NCBI GenBank assembly: GCA_016124455.1
Contig: WGNQ01000014.1
Location: forward strand, 26,892 to 90,891
Source: Sideroxydans sp.
Lineage (GTDB): Bacteria; Pseudomonadota; Gammaproteobacteria; Burkholderiales; Gallionellaceae
Direction of reading: 5' to 3'
DNA: 64,000 nt
Made by a program: the position numbers and the translations under genes. The notes beneath the pieces were generated by a model that worked only from the letters and a program-made list of their open reading frames with translations, made no database searches and had not been told where the DNA came from. Of the stretch, positions 37,716 to 47,583 are shown piece after piece (position 1 is the stretch's first letter; the number at the start of each line of letters is the position of its first letter).

Positions 37716-37799
37716 CTTGCTAGCCACCCCGGCTAAAAAATCCCCTCCGCTCAACTACACCTCAGTGCAATAATCGCGTCCAATTTTTCTCCTGCGCTG

Positions 37800-37857
37800 T
37801 TGCATTGATGACCGACGGTCATTTATTATCTCGCCATTAAATGACCAAGAGTCAGCC
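37800..37857 (+). promoter_or_regulatory. Candidate tetR promoter with a palindromic operator ATGACCGACGGTCAT and a second degenerate copy
   Basis: TTGCAT (37800-37805, -35) and TATTAT (37824-37829, -10). The perfect 7+1+7 palindrome at 37808-37822 fills the spacer between them. The related ATGACCAAGAGTCA at 37841-37854 lies over the RBS region of the TetR gene. Confidence 0.5.
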
Positions 37858-38508
37858 ATGGCCAGACCCCCTGCCAGCGCGGAAGCGCGCGAACACCGCA
37901 TCAACCAGTTGCTGGACGCCGCTGTGGCACTGTGGCTGGCGCATCCCGAGCGCGTACCCGGCGTAGCCGAGGTCGCCAGCGAAGCCGGGCTGGCCAAGGG
38001 CACGGTCTATCTGTATTTCAAGAGCAAGGAAGATTTGCTGCTGGCCGCGCACGAACGGCACGTGCAGGCATTTTTTGCCGCGCTGAGCGCTCGCGCCTCA
38101 AGCAACGAGCCGATGAGCGTAGGCAGCATGATGAAGCTGACGCTGGAACACATCGTACATGTCCCGGCTTTCCTGCCGCTGGCCACGCTGGTCGCCGGAC
38201 TGATGTACAAAGGCATCAGCCCCGAAGCCTCACAGGCCTTCGACGCACGTATCGCTGAACACCTGAAAATTTCCGGCGCGCTGCTGCGCAACCACTTCCC
38301 GCTGCCCGATGTCGACAGCGGCGTGCGCCTGCTGATGCGTTCCTATGCATTGATCCTCGGCCTGTGGCAAATGGTCGGCAGCGAACAGCCGATCTGCGCC
38401 AACCCCAACCTTTCCGCCATGATGCTGCCCGACTACGCTGCCGAACTGGATGCGGCGTTGCGCGCGTTGTGGCTTGGCACTTTCAACCAGGAGTCTCCGC
38501 ATGCGTAA
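37858..38508 (+). CDS. TetR/AcrR-family transcriptional repressor
   Basis: 216 aa. N-terminal HTH (VAEVASEAGLAKGTVYLYFKSKEDLL). Sits immediately upstream of, and overlapping, the efflux adaptor gene. Confidence 0.88.
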   Translation: MARPPASAEAREHRINQLLDAAVALWLAHPERVPGVAEVASEAGLAKGTVYLYFKSKEDLLLAAHERHVQAFFAALSARASSNEPMSVGSMMKLTLEHIVHVPAFLPLATLVAGLMYKGISPEASQAFDARIAEHLKISGALLRNHFPLPDVDSGVRLLMRSYALILGLWQMVGSEQPICANPNLSAMMLPDYAAELDAALRALWLGTFNQESPHA

Positions 38509-39556
38509 ACTCTCCAGCCTGTTGCTCGCCCTGCCCCTGCTCGCCGCCTGCGGCAAGCAGCCCGCGCCCCCCGAACCGCTGCGCCCGGTGAAAACATTGC
38601 GTATCGCACTGACTTCAGGCTCCAGCTCGCTCACCCTGCCGGGCGAAGTGCATGCGCGGCACGAAACACCGCTCGCCTTCCGCGTCGGCGGCAAGATCAG
38701 TGAATGCAAGGCCGAGCTCGGCGAAACAGTACGTCAGGGGCAAGTGCTGGCGCAACTGGAACCGAACGATTACCAGCTGGCCGCGCAAGGCGGTTCAGCC
38801 AATGAGGCCCAGGCCCGCAGCCAGCTGGTCCTGGCCGAGGCCGAACTCAAACGCTACCAGGCACTACGCGAAAAAGGTTTCGTGTCTGCCGCCGCACTGG
38901 ACCAGAAGCAGGCCGCTTACGATGCCGCACGCGCGTCGCTCGACGCAACACAGGCAAACAGCAGCGAACAGAACCGCAAGCTGGGCTACACCGCTCTCAC
39001 CGCCGAGGGCAGTGGCGTGATCACTGCACTCGACTGCAACATCGGACAGGTCATAAACGCCGGACAACAGATAATGAGCCTGGCCCGCAGCGGGGCACGG
39101 GAAATTTCGGTATTCGTACCGGAATCCAGTCTCACGGCGTTCCGTGCCAGCAAAACTTTCAGCATCAAGCTGAATGCGCAGCCCGAAAAAACCTACCAGG
39201 GCACACTGCGTGAGTTGTCTGCCGGTGCCGACCCGGCCACGCGCACCTATGCCGCGCACATCACGGTACAGGATGCGGATGACGCGATGCAGCTCGGCAT
39301 GAGTGCGACCGTGCAGATGCAAACCGGCGAAGACATGGCAATACGCCTGCCGCTGACTGCGGTGATCAGCCGCGACGGCACGCCCGGCGTGTGGAAACTC
39401 GGCAACGACAACATCGTACACCGGGTGCCCATCACCGTAGCCGGCGTCGAAGGTGACGACTTGCGCGCAACCGGCGGCCTGGCTCTCGGTGACCTGGTGG
39501 TAACGGCGGGCGCCAACCTGTTGCGCGAAGGCGAGAAAGTCAAACTCGCGCCATGA
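38501..39556 (+). CDS. Efflux RND transporter periplasmic adaptor subunit (MFP), lipoprotein
   Basis: Lipobox MRKLSSLLLALPLLAAC. Coiled-coil hairpin (AEAELKRYQALREKGFVSAAALD) and beta-barrel domains. ATGA-type overlap with the RND pump gene. Confidence 0.88.
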   Translation: MRKLSSLLLALPLLAACGKQPAPPEPLRPVKTLRIALTSGSSSLTLPGEVHARHETPLAFRVGGKISECKAELGETVRQGQVLAQLEPNDYQLAAQGGSANEAQARSQLVLAEAELKRYQALREKGFVSAAALDQKQAAYDAARASLDATQANSSEQNRKLGYTALTAEGSGVITALDCNIGQVINAGQQIMSLARSGAREISVFVPESSLTAFRASKTFSIKLNAQPEKTYQGTLRELSAGADPATRTYAAHITVQDADDAMQLGMSATVQMQTGEDMAIRLPLTAVISRDGTPGVWKLGNDNIVHRVPITVAGVEGDDLRATGGLALGDLVVTAGANLLREGEKVKLAP

Positions 39557-42500
39557 ACGACAAGTTCAACCTGACTGCGCTTGCCCTGCGCCAGCGCGAA
39601 CTGACCTGGTTCTTCATTGCGATCATAGCGATCGCCGGCGTCGCGTCCTATTTCCAGCTCGGCCAGCGCGAAGATCCTGATTTCACTTTCCGCAGCATGG
39701 TGGTACGCACGCTGTGGCCGGGCGCCACCACTTCCCAGGTGGACCAGGAAGTCACCAAGCGCATCGTGAAAAAATTGCAGGAAATCCCGTATTACAAGGA
39801 AGCATTCAGCTATTCGCGCAATGGCGAATCGACCGTCATCCTGCGGCTGCTCGACACTGCGCCACCAAAGGAAGTGCCGCAAATCTGGTACCAGGTGCGC
39901 AAGAAAATCGACGACATCCGCAATACGCTGCCGGACGGGATCGAGGGACCGATGTTCAACGATGAATTCGGTGATGTATTCGGTTCGATCTACGCATTCA
40001 CCGGCGACGGTTTTTCGCTGGACGAATTGCGCCAGTACGCGGAGCTGGCGCAGAAGAACCTGGTTGGCCTGCCGGACGTCGCCAAGGTCAACCTGATCGG
40101 CGTGCAGCCGCTGCAGATCCAGGTCATCGTTTCCAACCAGCGCCTGGGCACGCTGGGCATCAGCCCGCTGTCGATCGCACAGGCCATCCAGGCACAGAAC
40201 ATCGTGCAGGACGCCGGCAAGCTGCAGGCCGGTGATTTTTCGGTACCACTGCGCGTACAGGGAAATTTTGAATCGCTGGATGAATTGCGTGCGCTGCCGC
40301 TGCACGTTAACGGCCGGACTCTGCGGCTCGGCGACATCGCCGAAGTCAGGCGCGGCTACCTCGATCCACCCGAGGTCGTGATGCGCTATGCCGGCAAGCC
40401 GGCGATCGGCTTGGCAATCTCGATGAAACCACGCGGCGACGTGCTGCGCCTGGGCAGGGATCTGAGGCGCGAAATGGAAACGCTGAAAAGCCAGTTGCCG
40501 GTGGGCATTTCATTCGCGCGCGTGTCCGACCAGCCGCTGGTGGTGAAAAAGGCGGTTGGCGAATTCATGCGCTCGTTCCTGGAAGCGGTCGCCATCGTGC
40601 TGGTGGTGAGCTTTGCCAGCCTCGGCGCACGCGCCGGCATGGTGGTGGCGGTGACCATTCCGCTGGTGGTCGCGGCCACTTTCCTGCTGATGCACTTCTT
40701 CAAGATCGACCTGCACCGTATTTCCACCGGCGCGCTGATCATCGCGCTTGGCCTGCTGGTGGACGATGCGATGATCGTGGTCGAAATGATGGCACGCAAG
40801 CTGGAGGAAGGTTATGACCGCGTGCGTGCGGCGACCTTTGCCTATTCCGCCACGGTATTCCCGATGCTTACCGGCACGCTGATCACCATCTCCGGCTTCT
40901 TGCCGATCGGCACCGCAAAATCCGCCACCGGCGAATACACGTTCGCCATGTTCAGCGTGGTCGCACTGGCCCTGATCACATCCTGGGTCGCGGCGATCTT
41001 CGTCACCCCGCTGGCTGGCTTTCATCTGCTGAAAAGCCACGAGGGTAAAGGCCACGACATTTTCGACACGCCGTTCTACCGCAAGCTGCGCAACCTGATC
41101 GAATGGTGCCTGCATCACCGCAAGATGGTGCTGCTGGGCACGCTCGGCGCCTTCCTGCTCGGTGTCGTCGGCATGGGCTTTACCGAGAAGCAGTTCTTCC
41201 CTTCCTCCAACCGCATTGAAATACTGACCGACCTCTGGCTGCCTGAAGGCGCCAGCATCCATGCCACCGAGCGCCAGGCCGAACGTGTCGCGGCACTGCT
41301 GAAGAACGACAAGGACATCACCAGTTACGTAACCTACATCGGTTATGGCTCGCCGCGCTTCTTCCTGTCGCTGGACCAGCAAATGTTCCGCCCCAATTTC
41401 GCCCAGATGGTAGTACTCGCGAGCGACGTCGAAGCGCGCGACCGGGTCGTGGAGAAATTACGCCAGGCTACCGCAGACTTTGCCGGCGTGCGCATCCGTG
41501 CCTATCCGGTCAAGCTGGGGCCACCGGTCACCTATCCGGTCGAGTTCAGGGTACTGGGTGAAGACCTCTCCATCGTCAAACGTTTCGGTAACCAGGTGGC
41601 CGACCTGATGCGCACCGATCCGCGGCTGCGCGACGTGCATCCGGACTGGGGCATGGAAAGCCCGACGCTGCGGATTGCGGTCGACCAGGACAGGGCACGT
41701 GCCGCCGGTGTCAGCTCGAGCGATATCGCGCGCACCCTGCGCACCGTGGTTGACGGCCTGAGCATCGGCCAGTTCCGCGAGGGCGACCAGTTGCAGGACA
41801 TCGTGCTGCGCTCGCCGGCAGGCGAGCGCGCACAGCTGGAGCAGATAAGCGCAGTGCAGATTCCCTCGGCCCGAGGCGGCAGCGTACCGCTGAAACAGGT
41901 TGCCCGCATCGCCTATGTGCTGGAAGACCCCATCATGTGGCGCAAGGATCGCGATATCTCGCTGAGCGTACGGGCCGACGTCATCGACGGCGTGCAGGCA
42001 ACCGACGTAGGTATGGCACTGGACAAGAAAATGGATGCGCTGCGCAAGCAATTGCCGGACGGCTACACCATAGAACCGGGCGGCGAACTCGGCGAAAATG
42101 CCACCGCTCAGGATTCGATCAAGGCTGGCGTACCAATGATGGTTGCAGCCATCCTCAGCGTGCTGATGCTGCAACTGAAGTCGCTGTCGCGCACCATGAT
42201 GGTGGTACTTACCGCCCCGCTCGGCATCATCGGTGTGGCCAGCGGACTGCTGCTGTTCCACAAGCCGTTCGGTTTCGTCGCGATGCTCGGCACCATCGCG
42301 CTGGGTGGCATGATCATGCGTAACACGGTGATCCTGATCGACCAGATCCGCCAGGATCGGGAAGCCGGGCTGCCCGCCTGGGAGGCCATCCGCGAATCCA
42401 CGGTACGCCGCTTCCGCCCGATCATGCTGACCTCGGCCGCGGCAATCCTGGCGATGATCCCGCTCACCCGCAGCGTGCTGTGGGGGCCGATGGCCTATGC

Positions 42501-42621
42501 CATCATGGGCGGACTGCTGGTTGCCACGCTGCTCACCATCCTGTTCGTGCCGGCACTGTATGCAGCCTGGCTGCGGCTGCCGCTACCTGAGACAGCAGAA
42601 CGTAACAATTCTGCGGCATAA
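39553..42621 (+). CDS. Efflux RND transporter permease subunit (AcrB/HAE1-like)
   Basis: 1022 aa, 12 TM with two large periplasmic loops. Conserved TM4 region ALGLLVDDAMIVVE and TM10 region GMIMRNTVILIDQI. Confidence 0.92.
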   Translation: MNDKFNLTALALRQRELTWFFIAIIAIAGVASYFQLGQREDPDFTFRSMVVRTLWPGATTSQVDQEVTKRIVKKLQEIPYYKEAFSYSRNGESTVILRLLDTAPPKEVPQIWYQVRKKIDDIRNTLPDGIEGPMFNDEFGDVFGSIYAFTGDGFSLDELRQYAELAQKNLVGLPDVAKVNLIGVQPLQIQVIVSNQRLGTLGISPLSIAQAIQAQNIVQDAGKLQAGDFSVPLRVQGNFESLDELRALPLHVNGRTLRLGDIAEVRRGYLDPPEVVMRYAGKPAIGLAISMKPRGDVLRLGRDLRREMETLKSQLPVGISFARVSDQPLVVKKAVGEFMRSFLEAVAIVLVVSFASLGARAGMVVAVTIPLVVAATFLLMHFFKIDLHRISTGALIIALGLLVDDAMIVVEMMARKLEEGYDRVRAATFAYSATVFPMLTGTLITISGFLPIGTAKSATGEYTFAMFSVVALALITSWVAAIFVTPLAGFHLLKSHEGKGHDIFDTPFYRKLRNLIEWCLHHRKMVLLGTLGAFLLGVVGMGFTEKQFFPSSNRIEILTDLWLPEGASIHATERQAERVAALLKNDKDITSYVTYIGYGSPRFFLSLDQQMFRPNFAQMVVLASDVEARDRVVEKLRQATADFAGVRIRAYPVKLGPPVTYPVEFRVLGEDLSIVKRFGNQVADLMRTDPRLRDVHPDWGMESPTLRIAVDQDRARAAGVSSSDIARTLRTVVDGLSIGQFREGDQLQDIVLRSPAGERAQLEQISAVQIPSARGGSVPLKQVARIAYVLEDPIMWRKDRDISLSVRADVIDGVQATDVGMALDKKMDALRKQLPDGYTIEPGGELGENATAQDSIKAGVPMMVAAILSVLMLQLKSLSRTMMVVLTAPLGIIGVASGLLLFHKPFGFVAMLGTIALGGMIMRNTVILIDQIRQDREAGLPAWEAIRESTVRRFRPIMLTSAAAILAMIPLTRSVLWGPMAYAIMGGLLVATLLTILFVPALYAAWLRLPLPETAERNNSAA

Positions 42622-42654
42622 TATGCCGCTAACATATTCCTGACTTAATACATC

Positions 42655-43821
42655 ATGAAAATCGCCATTGCCGGTACTGGTTATGTAGGTCTATCCAACG
42701 CCGTCCTGCTTGCCCAGCACAACGAAGTGGTGGCAGTCGACATCGTCCCCGAGAAGGTCGAAATGCTGAACCGCAGGCAGTCGCCGATTGAAGATGCCGA
42801 GATCGAGGATTACCTGCAGCACAAAACGCTCAACCTCAAGGCCACACTGGACAAACGCGAAGCTTACAGCGGGGCGGATTACGTCATCATCGCCACGCCA
42901 ACCGACTATGACCCGGAGACCAACTACTTCAATACCCGCTCAATCGAGTCGGTGATCCAGGACGTCATGAACATCAACCCGCAGGCAGTGATGGTGATCA
43001 AATCCACCATACCGGTAGGCTACACCGTCAAGACCCGCGCCCACTTCAACTGCGACAACCTTATTTTCTCGCCGGAATTCCTGCGCGAAGGCCGGGCGCT
43101 TTATGACAACCTGCACCCTTCGCGTATCGTTGTCGGCGAACGTTCCAAGCGCGCCGAGACCTTTGCCAATCTGCTCAAACAGGGCGCGATCAAGCGGGAC
43201 ATCTCCACGCTGTTTACCGATGCCACCGAGGCCGAGGCGATCAAGCTGTTCGCCAACACCTATCTCGCCATGCGCGTTGCCTACTTCAACGAACTCGACA
43301 GCTATGCAGCGACGCACGGGCTGGACACACGGCAGATCATCCAGGGGGTCAGCCTCGACCCGCGCATCGGCGATCACTACAACAATCCTTCGTTTGGCTA
43401 CGGCGGCTACTGCCTGCCCAAGGACACCAAGCAATTGCTGGCAAACTACCGGGACGTGCCGCAAAACCTCATCAATGCCATCGTCGCGTCCAATACCACG
43501 CGCAAGGATTTCATCGCGGAAAGTATCATCAAGCGCAACCCGAGGGTGGTCGGCATCCACCGTCTGGTCATGAAGAGCGGCTCCGACAACTTCCGCTCGT
43601 CGAGCATCCAGGGCATCATGAAACGCATCAAGGCCAAGGGTATCGAGGTGATCATTTATGAACCTGCGCTGAAGGACGCGGAGTTTTTTCGCTCCAGAGT
43701 GGTGAATGATCTGGCGCAATTCAAGCAGGAGTCCGACATCATCGTGGCCAACCGCATCACTGACGACATCCGGGACGTGGCCGACAGGGTTTACAGTCGC
43801 GACCTGTTTGGCAAAGACTGA
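42655..43821 (+). CDS. ugd: UDP-glucose 6-dehydrogenase
   Basis: 388 aa. [16 protein letters not shown] Rossmann fold and catalytic-Cys region [14 protein letters not shown]. Confidence 0.92.
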   Translation: MKIAIAGTGYVGLSNAVLLAQHNEVVAVDIVPEKVEMLNRRQSPIEDAEIEDYLQHKTLNLKATLDKREAYSGADYVIIATPTDYDPETNYFNTRSIESVIQDVMNINPQAVMVIKSTIPVGYTVKTRAHFNCDNLIFSPEFLREGRALYDNLHPSRIVVGERSKRAETFANLLKQGAIKRDISTLFTDATEAEAIKLFANTYLAMRVAYFNELDSYAATHGLDTRQIIQGVSLDPRIGDHYNNPSFGYGGYCLPKDTKQLLANYRDVPQNLINAIVASNTTRKDFIAESIIKRNPRVVGIHRLVMKSGSDNFRSSSIQGIMKRIKAKGIEVIIYEPALKDAEFFRSRVVNDLAQFKQESDIIVANRITDDIRDVADRVYSRDLFGKD

Positions 43822-43846
43822 GGCAGGACCGCCCCGGCAGCGGCGT

Positions 43847-44677
43847 TCAGGCCCGGGACGGATCCTCGCCAACGCCCAGCATCGCCATCACCTGTTCCGC
43901 AGACATGTGCAGCAGTTCGCCGATATCCCGGTAATCATCGGGTAGCGCGGCGTCATCCCAGCCATTGGCTGAATGGCGCGCAAGATTGACCGCCAGCACC
44001 ACGTTGCGCTCCCGCACCTTCTGCTCAGCACCATCTTCCATCAAGGTCAGCAGCAGTTTCGGCAATTCCCATTCGTGTACCAGCGCGCGCTGCAATTCGA
44101 GCAGTGAAAATCCCAGCACTGCCTCTTGCGCCGCATGGCTGCGCAGGGTCTTGTCCTGCTGCTGCAAGGCGCGAATCTGCAGCATGTCGGCCGGTGCATA
44201 GCACCACATCAGCAACTCGGCCAGATCGTGCAGCAGGGCCGCAATGCGCACTTCCTCATAATGCAGGTCGTTCCGGCGAGCCGCCCATTCCACCGCATAT
44301 TGTGATGCACGCTGGGAACGCCGCACCACGCGCAGCAGTGAAGTCAGCGCCTCGATCTGCCCGCGCAGCCCCTCTTCCGCCACCGGCTGCGGCGGGATCT
44401 TGCCGAAAAAGGTATTCAGGCCCAGCATCAGCAGCGCCTGCTCGGCCTGTACCACCTCGCTGGTCTGGCTCTTGTGCTTGTGCTGTTGCAGGTAGCGCAA
44501 CAGCTTGACCGTCATCATCGGATCACGGCCAATCACCTGTGCCACATTGCGTGCGCTCAGGTTATCTTCGTCTTGGTGCAGGGCGGCGAGATCGCGCGCG
44601 GTCTGTTTCAGTACCGGGATATCGACATGGCCGAGAAAAGCTACCCAGGCCTGCAGGTCTTTCCGTTGCTGTTCCAT
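43847..44677 (-). CDS. HDOD domain-containing signalling protein
   Basis: IPVLKQTARDLAAL ... VAQVIGRDPMMTVKLLRYLQ and LLHDLAELLM are typical HDOD motifs. The start at 44677 is preceded by GGGAGG (5-nt spacer) and lies 26 nt after the arnD stop on the same strand. Confidence 0.75.
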   Translation of the reverse strand: MEQQRKDLQAWVAFLGHVDIPVLKQTARDLAALHQDEDNLSARNVAQVIGRDPMMTVKLLRYLQQHKHKSQTSEVVQAEQALLMLGLNTFFGKIPPQPVAEEGLRGQIEALTSLLRVVRRSQRASQYAVEWAARRNDLHYEEVRIAALLHDLAELLMWCYAPADMLQIRALQQQDKTLRSHAAQEAVLGFSLLELQRALVHEWELPKLLLTLMEDGAEQKVRERNVVLAVNLARHSANGWDDAALPDDYRDIGELLHMSAEQVMAMLGVGEDPSRA

Positions 44678-44702
44678 CACACCTCCCATGCGCTTACCAG
44701 GA

Positions 44703-45596
44703 TCAGCCCTGCAGCGCCAGCGTTCCCGAACGTCCGTCCACTTCACCCATCACCACCTCGTGCCGAGGCAGCGTGCCATCCAGCCCGGCAAGATAGTCGC
44801 GCATCGATACCAGATCATAGCCCTGTTCTTTCCAGCCGGTAAGCAGCTGTTCGAATATCGGCATCAGCTTGCCGCCTTCCAGTTCCGCATGCAGGGTAAA
44901 CACATGCCCTGTCGCCGGCGCTTGCGCCGTCAATTGCAGCAGGTGCTGCGCCACATTATCCAGCGTGATGCCGTCGCGATTGATCAGCTCGTCCAGCGTC
45001 GGCAAGGTTGTAGGCAACTGCGGGCAGGCAATGATCTCCGCCTGCCAGGTCGGGATGAACGGATAATTGCCACGGGTATCGGAGCTGTAATCAAAGCCGT
45101 AGCGCTGTGTCAGGCGCAGCGCATGGCGGTTGGTCTGCCAGCCTGCGGCAGCATGTGCCTTCGGCGCTTCGCCGAAAATCTCGGTAAAGCGCTCTACCGC
45201 ACGCTGCATCTCGCGCTGTGTCCAGGCGGCATTCTTGCCCGCCACATAGTCCTGCCAGCGGATATGGTCGTAGCAGTGGATGCCGACCTCAAAGCCGTCA
45301 TCGCGCACCGAGCGCATGATGTCCGCACAGCCACGCCCGATGTCCGGCCCCGGCAGCAAGGTACCGTACAGCAGCGTCTTGATGCCGTAATGCTCCACCA
45401 CCGAGGTGCGCGACACCTTGCCGAGGAAACCCGGGCGGAATACGCGCTTGATGGCACGCCCGGTATGGTCGGTGCCGAGCGAAAAGAAGAACGAGGCCTG
45501 CGCCTGGTGCTGCCTGAGCAGCGCCACCAGGCGCGGCACCCCTTCGCGGGTACCGCGATATGTATCTACATCGACCTTCAGCGCTAACTGCGGCAT
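44703..45596 (-). CDS. arnD: 4-deoxy-4-formamido-L-arabinose-phosphoundecaprenol deformylase (polysaccharide deacetylase fold)
   Basis: 297 aa. LKVDVDTYRGTREGVPRL N-terminus and H-containing NodB-like motifs (GIHCYDH). Sits within the arn cluster. Confidence 0.85.
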   Translation of the reverse strand: MPQLALKVDVDTYRGTREGVPRLVALLRQHQAQASFFFSLGTDHTGRAIKRVFRPGFLGKVSRTSVVEHYGIKTLLYGTLLPGPDIGRGCADIMRSVRDDGFEVGIHCYDHIRWQDYVAGKNAAWTQREMQRAVERFTEIFGEAPKAHAAAGWQTNRHALRLTQRYGFDYSSDTRGNYPFIPTWQAEIIACPQLPTTLPTLDELINRDGITLDNVAQHLLQLTAQAPATGHVFTLHAELEGGKLMPIFEQLLTGWKEQGYDLVSMRDYLAGLDGTLPRHEVVMGEVDGRSGTLALQG

Positions 45597-45604
45597 GGTG
45601 CGAA

Positions 45605-46648
45605 TCAGTCGACCAGGTTGCGTGCCTCAGCCACCTGGCTGCGGTATGCGTCGAAAATCTTGCGCAGCGTGTCGGCCATGGTGGTAGTCGGTTTCCAGTT
45701 CAGCTCTTCGCAGGTATTGGTGATCTTGGGCACGCGGTTCTGCACGTCCTGATAACCCTTGCCGTAATACGCGGCAGAAGTGGTCTCGACGATCTTTACC
45801 TTCTTCGCCGATTCGCTGTATTCCGGATACTCGCTGGCCAGCTTGAGCATCATGTCGGCGAGGTCGCGGATCGCATAGTTGTTGGTCGGGTTGCCGATGT
45901 TGTAGATCTTGCCGGTCGCCACGCCATCCTTGTTCTCGATGATCTTCATCAGCGCCTCGATGCCGTCGTCGATATAGGTGAACGCGCGTTTCTGGTGGCC
46001 ACCGTCGACCAGGCTGATGTTCTCGCCGCGCAGGATGTGGCCGAGGAACTGGGTCACCACGCGCGAGCTGCCTTCCTTCGGGGTATGGATCGAATCCAGC
46101 CCGGCACCGATCCAGTTGAACGGGCGGAACAGCGTGAAATTCAGGTTGTCCTGCATGCCGTAGCCCCAGATTACGCGGTCCATCAGCTGTTTGGAGCAGG
46201 AATAGATCCAGCGCGGCTTGTTGATCGGGCCGCAGATCAGCTCGGATTCTTCCGGGTCGAATTCCTCGTCATGGCACATGCCGTACACTTCCGAGGTCGA
46301 CGGGAACACCAGGTGCTTCTTGTACTTCACTGCCGCACGCACGATAGGCAAATTGGCCTCGAAGTCGAGCTCGAATACGCGCAGCGGCTCCTTGACGTAG
46401 GTCGACGGCGTAGCGATTGCCACCAGCGGCAGGATCACATCGCACTTGCGGATGTGGTATTCCATCCACTCGCGGTTGATGGTGATGTCGCCCTCGAAGA
46501 AATGGAAACGCGGCTGGTCGAGCAGATCGGTGATGCGATCGGTGCTCATGTCCATGCCGTACACTTCCCAGTCGGTCGTGGCCAGGATGCGGTTGGACAG
46601 ATGGTGGCCGATGAAGCCGTTCACACCCAGGATCAGGACTTTTTTCAT
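45605..46648 (-). CDS. arnA: UDP-glucuronate oxidative decarboxylase, stand-alone equivalent of the ArnA C-terminal dehydrogenase domain
   Basis: 347 aa SDR. MKKVLILGVNGFIGHHL, catalytic STSEVYG and YSCSKQLMDR. Confidence 0.85.
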   Translation of the reverse strand: MKKVLILGVNGFIGHHLSNRILATTDWEVYGMDMSTDRITDLLDQPRFHFFEGDITINREWMEYHIRKCDVILPLVAIATPSTYVKEPLRVFELDFEANLPIVRAAVKYKKHLVFPSTSEVYGMCHDEEFDPEESELICGPINKPRWIYSCSKQLMDRVIWGYGMQDNLNFTLFRPFNWIGAGLDSIHTPKEGSSRVVTQFLGHILRGENISLVDGGHQKRAFTYIDDGIEALMKIIENKDGVATGKIYNIGNPTNNYAIRDLADMMLKLASEYPEYSESAKKVKIVETTSAAYYGKGYQDVQNRVPKITNTCEELNWKPTTTMADTLRKIFDAYRSQVAEARNLVD

Positions 46649-46659
46649 TTACGATTTCC

Positions 46660-47583
46660 TTAACGATTAAATTCAAATTTTTCCGCGCCATACTGCGCGG
46701 CGAATTGCCCGGCGCTCATCTCGACGCCATCCAGCTCGAAACGCACTACGCGCAGCACACCGCTGCCGCAGATCGCATATGCCTTGCCCTCTTTCACGTA
46801 GAACGCCGGCAACTGTTTGCCTGCGGCCGTGCATTTGGTCACCAGCGTCTGCAGGATGCGCATCGGCTTGCCCAGCACCTGCGTCGTCGCACCGGGATAT
46901 GGCGGCGCCACGGCGCGCACCAGGTTGTGGATGCTGCGCGCTTCCTGCGACCAGTCAATCACGCCATCTTCCGGTTTGCGCCCGCCAAAATAACCGCCCA
47001 AGCTTAAATCCTGTTTAACGCGCGATGCCTTTCCCACCAGCAAGGCCGGTAGCACATCATTCAGCGCCATCTCCGCCGCCACCGTCACCTTGTGGAACAG
47101 GTCCAGTGCGCTGTCGTCGGGCAGGATGGGCACCGCCTGCTGCGCCACGATGTCGCCGTTGTCCGGCTTTTCGGTCATGTAATGCAGCGTCGCGCCGGTT
47201 TCGGTTTCGCCGCGGATTATCGCCCAATTGACCGGTACCCTGCCACGATACTTCGGCAGCAGCGAACCGTGCATGTTAAGCGCCCCCTGTCCCGGAATCT
47301 CGAGCAGTTCGCGCCTGAGCATCTCGCGGTAATAGAACGAAAAGAAGAAGTCCGGCTGCAGCGCACGGATCTGTGCCACCACTTCCGGCACATTCGGGTT
47401 GTCCGGGGTAATCACCGGGATGTCATGCAATGCAGCCAGCTGCTGCACGCTGTCAAACCAGATGTTCTCGTTCGGGTTGTCGCGGTGGGTCACCACCAGC
47501 CTCACCGCCACGCCATGGGCAAGCAGTACGCTCAGGCAGCGGACACCTACGTTGTGGTAGGCAAAAACGACGGCACTACTCAT
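46660..47583 (-). CDS. arnA: UDP-4-amino-4-deoxy-L-arabinose formyltransferase, stand-alone equivalent of the ArnA N-terminal domain
   Basis: 307 aa from the ATG at 47583 (MSSAVVFAYHNVGVRCL). Formyltransferase motifs ALNMHGSLLPKYRGRVPVNWAI. The start overlaps the arnC stop by 8 nt. Confidence 0.85.
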   Translation of the reverse strand: MSSAVVFAYHNVGVRCLSVLLAHGVAVRLVVTHRDNPNENIWFDSVQQLAALHDIPVITPDNPNVPEVVAQIRALQPDFFFSFYYREMLRRELLEIPGQGALNMHGSLLPKYRGRVPVNWAIIRGETETGATLHYMTEKPDNGDIVAQQAVPILPDDSALDLFHKVTVAAEMALNDVLPALLVGKASRVKQDLSLGGYFGGRKPEDGVIDWSQEARSIHNLVRAVAPPYPGATTQVLGKPMRILQTLVTKCTAAGKQLPAFYVKEGKAYAICGSGVLRVVRFELDGVEMSAGQFAAQYGAEKFEFNR

